This document shows, in pieces, positions 49,701-59,600 of a stretch of 64,000 bases of DNA. The notes under the pieces are model-generated. The model had not been told where the DNA came from. It saw only the letters and a program-made list of their open reading frames with translations, and did no database searches. The DNA comes from a virus, in the IMG/VR virus record IMGVR_UViG_3300032246_001270; one strand, given 5' to 3'. The translations under genes were made by a program, and so were the position numbers. Within the stretch, counting starts at the first letter, position 1; every line of letters starts with the position of its first letter.

Positions 49701-52664
49701 TATTTTTGTTGCATCTATTGCTAAATTTGCTAAAGTTATATTACTCAAATATCTACCATCACCAACAAAGAAAGAACCACTATCAACTTTAACGCTTCCA
49801 CTAACACCAACACTACCACTTATTATTACACTTCCACTAAATTGAGAACCAAATTGAGAAGATTCAACTTTAAATCCATAATCAGGTGATACAGATGCGG
49901 TTACAGAACCACTAGATATTTTGTATGGAGAAAATGCTAATGCTGATTCAGGTATATCGTATAATAATTTACCACTACCACTAAATGAGCCGGATACTAA
50001 ATAAACACCTGCTCCACTTATAAATAAAGAACCAGTGAATTGAGAACCGCTATATAAAGATTCAACTTTAAATCCACTATTAGGAGATACAGATGCCGTT
50101 ACACTACCACTAGAAATTCTAGTTGCTTGAACTAATTGTTCTGCTAATGCTGATAATGGAATATTAAATAATCCTTCACCACTACCACTAAAATATCCAG
50201 ACCCAGAAGGAATTGTTATATTTCCACTAACTAATAAACTACCGCTAAATGTTGAACCAAAATCTAATGATTCTACTTTAAATCCATAATCAGGACTAAC
50301 AGATGCCGTTACACTTCCACTTACAATTTGTGTTGATACTAACGCATCAGGAGTTAATGCTGAACGAGGTATATTTCTTAAATAAGTACCTTCTCCATAG
50401 TATGCTGATGATGATTCTAATATTAATGCTCCGCTTGTTGCAGTTACAGTTAAACTTCCAGTAATATTTACACTACCTGTAAATTGAGAACCACTATCAA
50501 TAGATTCAATTTTAAACCCATAAACAGGACTAACCGATGCAGTTACACTACCACTTGCTAATTTTTTTGCTTGAGGTAAATCAGTTAAACCAGCACCACT
50601 ACCACTAAATATGGATGCAGAAATACCATTTTGGAATACAGAAGTTCCGTAAACATATAAGCTTGAACTTAATGTAACTAAAGAGCCACTTAATTTTAAA
50701 CTTCCACTAATTTGTGAACCACTATCCGGTGATATTACTCTAAATCCATAATCAGGACTAACAGATGCCGTTACACTTCCGGTTGCTATTTGAGGAGATA
50801 CTACTGATGGTACATTTGTTAATCTACTACCATCACCAATAAAAGCAAATGCGTTTACACTTCCACTTACATCAACACTACCTGTAAATTGTGAACCATA
50901 TTGAGAACCTGTTCTATCAGTTATTACTTTAAATCCATAAGAAGGGTCAACCGATGCAGTTATACTACCACTTTGTATTAAAGTTGAAATAAGTGCATCA
51001 GGAGTTAATGCTGATTTTGGAATATTTCTTAAATAAGTACCTTCTCCATAATATACTGATGATGATTCTAATATTAATGAACCACTTGTAGTATCTATTC
51101 TTAAACTACCGCTAATACTAACGCTTCCAGTAAATTGAGAACCACTATTTAAAGATTCAACTCTAAATCCAAAATCAGGACTTGTAGATGCGGTTACACT
51201 ACCACTTGCTATTCTATAAGCATCTCCAGAAAATGCTGAACGAGGAATATTAAATAATCCATAACCATCACCCTGATATGAACCAGAAAAAGATGCTGTT
51301 ATTTCTAAAGCGTTTATTGCTCCAGAAACTATTAATGAACCGGTTACATTTACACTACCTGTAAATTGAGAACCACTTGCTATTGATTCAACTTTAAATC
51401 CAAAATCAGGAGTTGTTGAAGCCGTTACACTACCACTAGCTATTCTATAAGCATCACCACTAAATGCTGAACGAGGAATATTAAATAATCCACCACCATC
51501 TCCAGTAAATGAACCTGATATAGAACCTGTAACTTGTTCTACTTTTAATGAACCAGTTATTATTACAGACCCAGTTACAAACAATGAACTTGTAACTTCA
51601 ACACTTCCACTTATAAATTGAGAACCACTAAAAAAGTTTGAACCAGTTGTTGCAAATGTTGATGATTCTCTACCATCAAATAAATTTGTATTTTCTGCTT
51701 GAGATGCAGAACCATAAAAATTAAACGCAGTTATACTACCAGTAACTTCAACTGAACCGGTAATAAAAATACTACCAGTAAATGTAGAACCACTATCAGG
51801 AGAAAATACAACTAATCCAAAATTAGGAGATATGGATGCCGTTACACTACCACTAGCAATTCTAGGTGCTACTGTTGATGGTACGTTTCTTAATTGAGAA
51901 CCATCCCCAATAAAAAATCCATCATCAGATAATCTTATACTACCACTTACATTAATACTTCCTGTAAATTGAGAACCACTATCTAAGGATTGTACTTTAA
52001 ATCCATAATCAGGAGATACAGATGCTGTTACACTACCTGTTGCTAATTTTGTTGCTACTGGTAAATTAAACAAGTCTCTACCATCTCCAAAAAATGAACC
52101 AGTAAATGAACCTGTAAAAGATGAACCCGTTACATTGTTTCCAATAAATTCACTTTGTATTCTTACAGAACCTGTAAATTGCTGTATATCTTCATTTTGA
52201 TGTCCAAATATATTTGAACCAGAAGAATAAATTATAGACGATGAAACTATATTAACAATAAGTTGGTCAGCTACAATTGATTTAGAAACATATAAATTTC
52301 CAGCAATTGTTGTATCAACATTTATTTGTAATCCTTTATTTGGAGAAATTGATGCAGTTGCACTACCACTTGCTATTTGAGGAGTTACATCAGCTTTTAC
52401 ACCTGTTATTCTACTACCATCTCCCTGAAATGAGCCTGAAAAAGACCCACTAAACTCTTCTAAAAATAATTTTTTTGCAAATCCTCTATTTCCCTGGTCA
52501 TCAGAAACTACTATGGCTGGATTTGTTAATAGGGAGGCTGAAAAGTTGGGAACACCTAAATTTGGTTCGGCTTGAGATAAATCAAGGAACTCATACCTGT
52601 CAGATGTTACATTTTTCGGGCTTACAACCCTTACCCTTCCTGTTAATAGATTACTTATTGCCAT
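40761..52664 (-). CDS. Giant fibre/appendage protein (3,967 aa): IASGSVTAS repeats, cupredoxin-like domain, ~1,100-aa GTS tract, C-terminal adaptor domain
   Basis: Single uninterrupted ORF; tandem ~70-90-aa units; HPFWI...YYNCQFHSTM; C-terminal TLDL..GN.F......FSNPP...TWP.SVKW.GG.AP.L...G.DVL.F. Confidence 0.88.
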   Translation of the reverse strand: MAISNLLTGRVRVVSPKNVTSDRYEFLDLSQAEPNLGVPNFSASLLTNPAIVVSDDQGNRGFAKKLFLEEFSGSFSGSFQGDGSRITGVKADVTPQIASGSATASISPNKGLQINVDTTIAGNLYVSKSIVADQLIVNIVSSSIIYSSGSNIFGHQNEDIQQFTGSVRIQSEFIGNNVTGSSFTGSFTGSFFGDGRDLFNLPVATKLATGSVTASVSPDYGFKVQSLDSGSQFTGSINVSGSIRLSDDGFFIGDGSQLRNVPSTVAPRIASGSVTASISPNFGLVVFSPDSGSTFTGSIFITGSVEVTGSITAFNFYGSASQAENTNLFDGRESSTFATTGSNFFSGSQFISGSVEVTSSLFVTGSVIITGSLKVEQVTGSISGSFTGDGGGLFNIPRSAFSGDAYRIASGSVTASTTPDFGFKVESIASGSQFTGSVNVTGSLIVSGAINALEITASFSGSYQGDGYGLFNIPRSAFSGDAYRIASGSVTASTSPDFGFRVESLNSGSQFTGSVSISGSLRIDTTSGSLILESSSVYYGEGTYLRNIPKSALTPDALISTLIQSGSITASVDPSYGFKVITDRTGSQYGSQFTGSVDVSGSVNAFAFIGDGSRLTNVPSVVSPQIATGSVTASVSPDYGFRVISPDSGSQISGSLKLSGSLVTLSSSLYVYGTSVFQNGISASIFSGSGAGLTDLPQAKKLASGSVTASVSPVYGFKIESIDSGSQFTGSVNITGSLTVTATSGALILESSSAYYGEGTYLRNIPRSALTPDALVSTQIVSGSVTASVSPDYGFKVESLDFGSTFSGSLLVSGNITIPSGSGYFSGSGEGLFNIPLSALAEQLVQATRISSGSVTASVSPNSGFKVESLYSGSQFTGSLFISGAGVYLVSGSFSGSGKLLYDIPESALAFSPYKISSGSVTASVSPDYGFKVESSQFGSQFSGSVIISGSVGVSGSVKVDSGSFFVGDGRYLSNITLANLAIDATKIFSGSVTASVSPDNGFVVTSKSGSYFYGVINAVSGASFFSGSGEGLINIPESALAFKINRIASGSATASIAPDNGFVVNTFSTLSGSLIVSSSNIEIPTASINTVFNVGNIATQYYLINNESNANLTLVRGLTYTFNVNATGHPFWIKTSSSTGTSNAYGTGITNNGIDSGVITFTVPQSAPDVLYYNCQFHSTMAGTINVVTTLYKPAQIKLIGETSVIGNVTASMYSGSGRGLFDIPQSALSSEVYRLVTGSITASVTPQFGFKVESLGSGSQFSGSVSISGSLTVLSGSVLLKEASGSFSGSFQGDGSRLTNLNVPPQITYAIASGSVTASVSPVYGFKVLSATSGSELTGSVKISGSLTVSAISGALVLESSSAYYGEGTYLRNIPRSALNDEALLSTFIASGSVTASVSPVYGFKVESGLSGSQFTGSLKVSGSVSASFFIGDGSKLFNIPALTATLIASGSVTASVSPTNGFVVTSVISGSQFTGSIKVTGSVIADGFVGDGSRLTNVPAAESAKITSGSVTASVAPTYGFKVESAASGSQFTGSLFVTGGYVRVASGSYFSGSGAGLSDIPRSALNQDALTSTEILSGSVTASVSPTYGFKVISVVSGSQFTGSLFVTGGYIRVATGSYFSGSGAGLSDIPESALSFKINRIASGSVTASITPDYGFVVNTFSTLSGSVRVSGSVYAETGSYFVGDGSQLRNITLANLSIDSTKIFSGSATASISPDKGFVVNTTVSASAFTGSGEGLFNIPRSALSSEVFRVASGSVTASVTPDYGFRVQSADSGSQFTGSIFVSGSISASFFIGDGSKLINIPALTATLIASGSVTASVAPDYGFRVLAFESGSAFSGSVQIDSSSFIYAEGTYLRRIPRSALTEDALVSTEIKSGSVTASVSPDYGFRVLSADSGSVFTGSILITGSVTIPSGSGYFSGSGEGLFNIPESALSFSPYKITSGSVTASVNPDEGFKVITSKTGSEIGSRFTGSVAISGSIIVNDFIFGDGRYITNVQAAAAPLIASGSATASVASGNTFIVTTGATGSQIGSEFTGSVEISGSLKAFYLIGDGSQITNVQAAASPLISSGSATGSVASGKKFIVTTNETGSAIGSQFTGSIEVSGSIRASTFLYGDGRFITNVQAAAAPLIASGSATGSVASGRVFQVITNAVSGGYYGSEFTGSVSVSGSISSSLFEGDGGGLFNIPASALKDLKVDRIQSGSAAAIIDPDKLKINVPVTAALYIGDGGGLFNIPANALQDLKLDRIISGSAQAQISPNLGLVINKQTTVTSGSVSIQSGSLIVSGGIIVTGSDIRLIGSGSAFYGDGSGLYNINIANLAFETYVIKSGSVTASISPDKGFVINTSSFVWGELYVSQRARLSDVTSSGIVKAQLFTGSFLGTYNFQGVGPTASAQYDILRYNPTQGYFVPQPEYSLSETVAFNGVSDLTIVHNLDILYPMVQIYATGSEDQILPSSIKSIDSNTINIKFAGLTSGHAVIGSGGSLIKGTIDGNRVFGEVLSSSYARKAGFADAVTGFDSASLSSLSASLSNASAYIRSDQTASMSVGRAVSSSYALTASYIANLNGLDLTDYVRNSATSSMTVLSSSFAQTASYALFAQNASNVDTANFVLNSQTASMFVGTASLAYTASYALYALNAEGVNTASFLQVNKDSSINANLTVSGSLGVSGSIIANSSLYLNSLASGSSEDVVVWNSITKKLERRNIAAAQGSSGTSGKDGSAGSSGTSGSSGSSGSSGTAGSSGSSGSSGTSGSSGTAGSSGSTGSSGTAGSSGSSGSSGSSGSSGSSGSSGTSGTSGTSGTSGTSGTSGSSGSSGSSGSSGTSGTTGSHGTSGSSGSSGSSGSSGTSGTSGTSGTSGSSGSSGSSGTSGSSGSSGTSGTSGTSGTSGTSGTSGSSGSGGSSGTSGSSGSSGSSGTSGTSGTSGTSGSTGSAGSSGTSGSSGSGGSSGTSGTSATSGTSGTSGTSGSSGSGGTSGSGGTSGSSGTSGTSGSSGTSGTSGTSGTSGSAGFSGTSGTSGTSGTSGTSGTRGTSGTSGSAGLSGTSGTSGTSGTSGTSGTSGSSGSSGTSGSSGTSGSNGTSGSSGTSGTSGSSGSSGSSGSSGSSGTSGSAGSSGTSGTSGTSGSSGSSGSSGTSGTSGTSGSAGSSGSSGSSGTSGTSGTSGTSGSSGSSGSSGSSGTSGTSGSSGSSGSSGSSGTSGTSGTSGSSGTSGTSGSSGSSGSSGTSGTSGSSGTSGSSGSSGSSGTSGYDGTSGTSGTSGVSGTDGTSGTSGTSGTSGSDGTSGTSGSSGTSGTSGSSGTSGTSGSDGTSGTSGSDGTNGSAGSSGSAGSSGTSGSTGSSGTSGTSGINGTSGTSGSNGTSGSSGSTGTYGTSGTSGTSGTSGIDGTSGTSGSSGTSGSSGTSGTSGTSGTSGLDGTLFGSSGTSGTSGTSGLDGSSGTSGTSGSSGLDGTYFGSSGTSGSSGSSGSSGSTGTDGTSGTSGVSGTNGTSGTSGIDGTSGTSGIDGTSGTSGSSGSSGSSGTSGKDGTLFGSSGTSGDSGTSGTSGTSGTSGKDGSSGSSGSAGVDGTYFGSSGTSGVSGTSGSTGSSGTTGSNGTSGSGGSSGTSGTSGTSGLDGTLFGSSGTSGTSGSTGSAGSTGSSGSGGSSGSSGTSGTSGLDGTLFGSSGTSGTSGTSGSGGSSGSGGSSGTSGTSGSSGTSGKDGTLFGSSGTSGTSGTSGTSGTSGLGSSGTSGTSGIDGTLFGSSGTSGTSGTSGAGSSGSSGTNGTSGTSGKDGTLFGSSGTSGTNGTSGTSGAGTSGTSGVSGTSGTSGSLILAGTTDNGVITYVNSTASGRVNTNMTFDGSTLTTTGNVTISGATTSTIFRETYSDLGSGGSVTLDLTTGNNFKRVFTGTASISFSNPPASNAFGFTFTVVNAGAYTLTWPVSVKWAGGTAPILTSSGTDVLTFFTFTGGTLYYGFVVGKNLS
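41225..44520 (-). repeat. ~1,100-residue Gly-(Thr/Ser)-Ser tract with nine DGT(L/Y)FG interruptions
   Basis: Seen directly in the translation. Confidence 0.95.
45600..52400 (-). repeat. Tandem array of roughly 30 imperfect units I(A/S)SGS(V/A)TAS(V/I)SP.YGF.V....SGSQFTGS...G.G..L.NIP
   Basis: Seen directly in the translation; count is approximate. Confidence 0.9.
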
Positions 52665-52685
52665 GCGTTACTTTCCCAGCTTTGT

Positions 52686-52713
52686 TATAAATATAGAGAA
52701 TCCCTTATAAATA
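52686..52713 (-). promoter_or_regulatory. Two tandem ATATTTATA motifs upstream of the 3,967-aa gene
   Basis: Plus-strand tataaata at 52686-52693 and 52706-52713; the same motif precedes at least ten other genes. Confidence 0.7.
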
Positions 52714-52732
52714 TCAATCGATGATATTATTC

Positions 52733-53656
52733 TTATTCATTTGCACTTTCTAACAAAGAAAGATTCACAGTTAAGTCAGTTGAGCCAGATACTATAAAAC
52801 CATATGTTTGTTCTAATACTAATTTACCAGCAACAACAGGAGATAATGAATCTGCAGGTGGTATGGTTGCGTTAGTTACCAATGCTATTGCATCTTGTGC
52901 AACAAGAATTGGAGATTCAATTGTAGCTTTAATAGTATCTATTAAAGAATTCACCACATATATAGAAGCTGAAATTCCAGCATTTGTTCCAGCATTAAAC
53001 CCTGTTAATACAGATTGAGTAACTCCACTTTGAAATAATATCGGAGAGTTGGCTGAACCTGTTGTTGATTGATTTTTTATAATTTGATTGGATAATGTTT
53101 TTAAATAATTTAGGGAAAATATAGATGCAGAATATTCCGCCGAATATGGTGTAAGTACGGATACACCATTTTTAGTAAAATATGCTTTTGCTGCTTTATT
53201 TGTTCTAATTGTTTTATTATTAGTAATATCATATTTTATTGCATCTACATTATTTAGTGTAGTAGTTTCAAAATATGATGATACAAAATCATATGGAGTT
53301 TCTGATAAACTATTTTGATATTGTGTGTAAGCTGCTATTTCTTTTCTTAAAAATTGTCTATTTGCATTAAGTAATAACGATGCACTAGCAAAACTACCAC
53401 TAAAATTTAATAAAGATACAGAAGAACTAATAAAAGAACTACCGCTATATATTGTACCAAATTGAGGTACAGGTATTTCTTTATTTGATGTTACTAAAAT
53501 TGTTACAGGTAAAGTTACTAAACTATTATTTGTAATTTGACAAGCCAATACAATTGAAGATACACCATTTGGTGTTGTATATATTTGGTCTTGCTCTCCA
53601 GTCAATCCAGTTATTACTGATTGAAATCGATTTAAAGGTACGAATACTTGTGCCAT
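52733..53656 (-). CDS. Adaptor-like virion protein (paralogue of 38696..39028) with a ~190-aa insert containing one degenerate CxRD-type repeat
   Basis: N-terminal NRFQS...IYT.P...SIVL..QI.N and C-terminal LV.NA.IP..D......GKLVLE...LSLLE flank ASLLLNANRQFLRKEIAAY...VDAIKYDI...AKAYF. Confidence 0.75.
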   Translation of the reverse strand: MAQVFVPLNRFQSVITGLTGEQDQIYTTPNGVSSIVLACQITNNSLVTLPVTILVTSNKEIPVPQFGTIYSGSSFISSSVSLLNFSGSFASASLLLNANRQFLRKEIAAYTQYQNSLSETPYDFVSSYFETTTLNNVDAIKYDITNNKTIRTNKAAKAYFTKNGVSVLTPYSAEYSASIFSLNYLKTLSNQIIKNQSTTGSANSPILFQSGVTQSVLTGFNAGTNAGISASIYVVNSLIDTIKATIESPILVAQDAIALVTNATIPPADSLSPVVAGKLVLEQTYGFIVSGSTDLTVNLSLLESANE

Positions 53657-53675
53657 TTTTTTATTTTTTCTTTTT

Positions 53676-56600
53676 TTATATTTGTAGTGCTAATGAGAAT
53701 GGAGTTACTAATGAGAATAGAGATTTACTAAATGTTCTACCTACAAGAGTACCAGTTGCTTGATTAATACTCAAACCAGTACCAATTCTAAAGTCACCAT
53801 CCTGATTACCTGATGTAAAGTATATTCTACCTCCTGCTAATTGAGTAATTTCGTATATTGGATTTGCAACACCACTACCACCCTGATTTGGAGGAAGTGC
53901 TTTGAACGTTACCCCACTACCATTATACGAATAGTCAATACCTGTTGCTACAATTAGAGAACCAAATGATACCAATGGTGCGCCAGCTGCTATAAATTCT
54001 GCTTTAGTTCTTAGATAACGATTTGTTTCCAAAGTTTCTAATTTTTGAGAAGAAATTACTGCTTGTGCACTTCCGTATTGTCCATCATAATATGAAGATG
54101 CTGCTGCAATACCTCTTTCATTTCCACCATATAATAAATCAGTAACACACGCATCTACAATAAATCCAGTATCACGTGAACAACTTGCTTCATTATATAC
54201 TAAATATGGAAATGCTCCATTTGTATATCCAATTGCTCTTTGTTTTAATTCATCTTTACTACCTTTTAATCTTTCAGCTGCTTGTCTTCTCTTAGTAGCC
54301 GGTGCTAAATAAGTTAATACAGTATTTGCTACTATTTTTTCAGATATTCCTCTTGCAAAGTTAATACCATCTAAAGTTTGCTTTTTCTGTCCATTATTAT
54401 CGCCATAACTATCCAAAATTGCTACTGATGGGAATTTGTAATAATAAGAACCTGCTTCAATACTTCTTTCATTACCACCATAAACTAAGTCGGTTCTAAT
54501 TGCATCTATAATAAATCCTAAATCTCTACTACAACTTACTTCATTATATTTTAAATTACTCCAAGAAGAACTTAAGAATGTTATTGTTTCTTTTTGTATT
54601 AGTTGTTTGTTATCTGTCAATAATTTTGCCGTTGTTAATAGAGATGCAGATGGTACTAAATAAATTGGGTTATTTATTATTTTTTTAGATAATTTTCCAG
54701 CATATCTAATACCAGTAAGAGTTGGGTCTAATTGATTTTGTGTTGATGGTACACCTTTATTAATTGCATTAGAAGGATATAAGTAATAATACTGTCCTGC
54801 TATCACAGTTCTTTCTTGTCCGCCATATAGTACATCTGTTGCTGCTGCATCTATCAAGTATCCAACATCTCTTTTACAAGTTGTTTGATTATAATATACA
54901 CCACTCCAAGAAGAAGATACATATGCAATAGTTTCTTCTGCTACAAATGCTTTATTTTTTCTTAATAAATCAAATGATGCCGATGCCTCTAATGATGCTG
55001 TTACAAATATAGTACCTCCTACAATTTTTTGTGCTATTCTACTTGCGTAGTTTATACCATCAATTGTTTGTCCTAATTGTCCAACACCATCACCATCTCC
55101 TAATAAGATTGCTTTAGATGGGTATTTGTAATAGAAGTCACCAGCTATTACACTTCTTTCATTTCCTCCGTATAATAAATCAGTAGTTGCTGCATCCAAT
55201 ATGTATCCTAAATCTCTAGCGCATTTTACTTTATTATATTCAAAATTACTCCAACTTGCAGTTAGGTAAGCCATACTTTCACTTACAATAAATGTTCTAT
55301 TATTTCTTAATAATGCTACGGATGATGAAACATCCAATGAAGCAGTATTGAATGAAAGATTTTGAACTAATTTAGTTGCTAAACCTTTTGCGTAATCAAT
55401 TGCTGTTATAGTTGGGTCTAATTGAGAACCAGTAACTTTTGATGGAACTTCCCAATATGAAATTCCAGCTAAAGAACTACTATGATTTCCACCATAAAGT
55501 ATATCACCAGCAACTGCTTCAACAATGTATCTAATATCTCTAGAACATACTGAGCTATCATATTCAAATCCACTCCAAGATGATGATAAGAATGCTATAC
55601 TCTCACTTTGAATAAATCCTATGTTTTTAGTTAATAAATCGTATGCAGCAATCTTTGATAAATTGTTTGATGGAGTTAAACCACTCGATTGAGATACAGG
55701 TGTAGGTATTAACCAATTGTTTATAGAAGCAGATACTAATCTACCTGCGTATTTAATTCCATCTATTGTTTCCGTTAATTGAATACCAGTAGCCTCCGAT
55801 GGATATAAGTAATAAAACTCTCCAGCTTTAGAACTTCTTTCATTTCCACCATATAGTAAATCAGTTGATACCGCATCTAAGATATATCCAACATCTCTCT
55901 TACAAGTTTCTTCATTGTAGTAGAAATCAGGGTATTTAGCGTTTATATAAGCAACACTCTCACTTTGGATAAACTTCTTATTATTTCTAATTGAATTATA
56001 AGAATTTATAGTAGAAGATGAAGTTACATAGAATTGTGCATTTTTAATTACATTTAATGCCAATCCTTTTGCGTATCTAACACCAGTTAAAGTTGGTTCT
56101 AATTGAGAATCGGTAGCTTGTGATGGATAATCATAATAATATCTACCAGCTACTACACTTCTTTCATTTCCACCATACAATAAATCCGTTCTTACTGCAT
56201 CTATAATGTATCCAATATCTCTAGCACATTTAATTTCATTATATCCAAACTCACTCCAAGAAGAACTTACATAAGCTATACTTTCACTTTGAATAAATGC
56301 CTTATTTTTAGTAAGTGCTTCAAACGATGCTGATATAGTAGCTGATGAAGATATATGGGTTAATAGGATGTTTTGTACAACATTTTCAGCCACACCACTT
56401 GCGTATTTTAATGCAGTTATAGTTTGGTCTAATTGTGAACCAGTAGCTTGAGATGGGAAATCAAAGTAGAACTTGCCATTAAACAAAGATGCTGAATTAC
56501 CGCCATATAAAAGGTCAAACGCAGAACCACTAAGAATTCCTACCAAATCTCTTTCACATTTACTTTGTGTATAATCAAATCCACTCCAAGAAGAACTCAT

Positions 56601-59600
56601 ATAAGCAATAGTTTCATCAACTATAAATTTAGAGTTGCTTACCAATAAATTATATGCCGAATTTATCTTTGCATTTGTATTTGCTATTGGATATGTTGAT
56701 GGTTTAAATGTAATAGAGCTTGTACCATTATTTAACAATACATCAATTACTAAAGATAAAGATGATGATATTAATTTACCCTGCAATCTTCCTCCTGCAC
56801 TTCCACTTATTAATTGTGATGTATTAGTTACTTTAATAGATGATGATACATTTGGTATAATTGTAGAAATCATACTAACCCCGTTTTCTACAATATCCAA
56901 AATAGTTCCAAAACCAGATGATACTTTATTTATTTCGAATTCTTCAGCAGTTTGTGTATTTACAATTGGTAATAATCCCGTCTTTGTAATTGAACCACTA
57001 GCATTTGTTACTAATTCAGGAATTGAACCAGTACCATTTGCAATTATATTAACTAAAGTTTCAAATGAAGAACTTGCAACATTTGTTTCAATTGGATAAG
57101 TCCCAGCTCCAATTGTTTGAGAATCAGAACTAATATTCCATAAGTTTGGATTATTTAAATTAAATCCATATAAAGATGAAAAATTAGAAACTAATGAATC
57201 AGGTAAAGATGAAGAATCATTTTTAATTATATCAGTAATTAAATTAAATGAAGAAGTAATTAAACCAATTTCAATTGTACTTGCCGCACTTGCTGATGTG
57301 ATTGGAGAAATATTATTTATTTTTATTCTACTTTCAACATTTGATATGATTGTTGGTTCTACACTAACTCCACCTTTAATAATTTTAGTCACAGTACTAA
57401 ATGATGAAGAAACATTTGTTATTTCGTTAGAACTTCCACTATTAGCAGATATAAATTGAGTTACATTAGATACTTTTATATTTCCATCAGTATTTGTAGT
57501 TAGTATTGGAGAATTTAATTTAATATTTTGAGCTATTGCTTTAGATAATGCTTTTGCATAATCAACACCAGCAACAGTTTCTCTAACTTGAGTACTCTTT
57601 GTTGCTAATGATGGATATAAATAATAGTATTGTCCAGCTATAATACTTCTTTGATTTCCACCATATAAAGTATCAGTTATAACTGCATCTAAGATATATC
57701 CAACATCACGTCTACATTTTTCTCTTAAGTAAACTAAGTTAGGGAAAAAGGCATCTATATATTGTACAGTTTCATTTTGTATAAACTTCTTATTCTGTCT
57801 TAATAAACTAACTGATGATGTTACAAATCCAGTTGGAGATATTAATACTTTATTTGCTACCACATTTTGTGCAGTACCAGCTACATAATTTATTCCATCA
57901 AGTGTAGGGCCTTTTTGTGTTGCTGCTGTTGGTGAAATAGAACCAGTCAAAATTGCTGCTGATGGGTATAGGTAATAGTATTCGCCTGCTTTAGAACTCC
58001 TCTCATTACCACCGTACAATAAATCCGTTCTTACTGCATCTATAATATATCCAATATCTCTCTTACAAGTTGTTTCATTATAATAAAATCCATCATCACC
58101 ACTCCAAGAAGAAGATAGATAAGCAATTGATTCACTTTGTATAAATTTCTTATTATCAATTAATAAATTAAATCCAGTTAATTCAGATGTTGTTGGTGAT
58201 TGTAATAATAAATTTTCTACAATTTTTTCAGTAATTCCTTTAGCGTATTTTATACCATCTAAAGTTTGATTTAATTGTCCACCAGTATCACCATCATTAC
58301 CTTCTGTTGCTAATGAAGGATATAAGTAATAATACTCCCCAGCTTTAGCTACTCTTTCGTTACCACCATAAAGAATATCAGTTGCTACTGCATCTAATAT
58401 ATAACCAATATCTCTTTTACAAGTAGTTTGGTTATATGGGAATGAACTCCAAGAAGAAGATAGATATGCAATAGTTTCATTTTGTATAAATCCTTTATTA
58501 TTGAATATTAATTCGTATGCAGTAACATTAGAATTTGATGCTGATACAAATATTAAATTCTTTAACACACTATCAGTTAAATCTTTTGCGTATTTAATTC
58601 CACTTAATGTAGGTCCCAATTGAGATGTTGTAGCTTGTGATGGATATTGATAGTAGAACTTTCCAGCATTTATACTTCTTTCATTACCACCATAAACTAT
58701 ATCAGTTGTTACTGCATCTAAGATATATCCAACATCTCTTTTACAAGTTGTTTGATTGTAAGATGCCGTACTCCAACTTGCCGAAATGTAACTTATAACT
58801 TCGTTTTGTATAAATTCTCTATTGTTATAAATTAATTCTTTTGCTTGTAATTTATTTTGCGATACTTTTGTAAATGTATTTCCTTTAAGAATTTTAAATG
58901 CAACATCTCTAGCATATTGGATACCAGTAACAGTCTCCTGTATTTGTGACCCCGTTGCTTCAGATGGATATAAATAATAGAATACTCCAGCATTTACACT
59001 TCTTTCGTTTCCACCATATAATAAATCGGTAGAAACTGCATCTATGATATGCCCAATATCTCTTTTACAAGTTGATTCAATATATTGGTGTGTACTCCAA
59101 GATGAACTTATATATGGTATTACTTCATTCTTAATAAACTCTTTGTTATTAACCAAAAGAGTATATGCATTTTTAATTTGTGCCGATTGCGTTACAAATT
59201 GAGTGTTTAATACTAATTTTTGTGCTAAACGTGATGCGTATTTAATACCATCTAATGTTTGGTTTAATTGTGCCCCTTGTGCTTGAGATGGAAATTCATA
59301 ATAAAATTTACCATTAAATACAGATGCTGAATTTGCATTAAATATTAAATCTTCTGCAGAACCACTAAGTATAAATTTCAAATCACGCTTACACTTATTT
59401 TCATCATAAGATGCTGTTGACCAAGACGAACTCAAATATGCAATACTTTCCGATACTATGAAATCTAAGTTATTTTTTAAAATAGTATAAGCTGCTATTA
59501 TATTTGAAGATGATATTGATGATGTATATAAAGTTACAATTGGTAAAGAATCAATACCATTTGCTATTATATTTGTTACAATAGAAATAGATGCTGATAT

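Noticed and set aside
6152-52713. TATAAATA as T4 late promoters driving plus-strand transcription
   Set aside because: There are no plus-strand genes to transcribe, and the spacing is consistent relative to minus-strand starts; antisense RNA is not strictly excluded.
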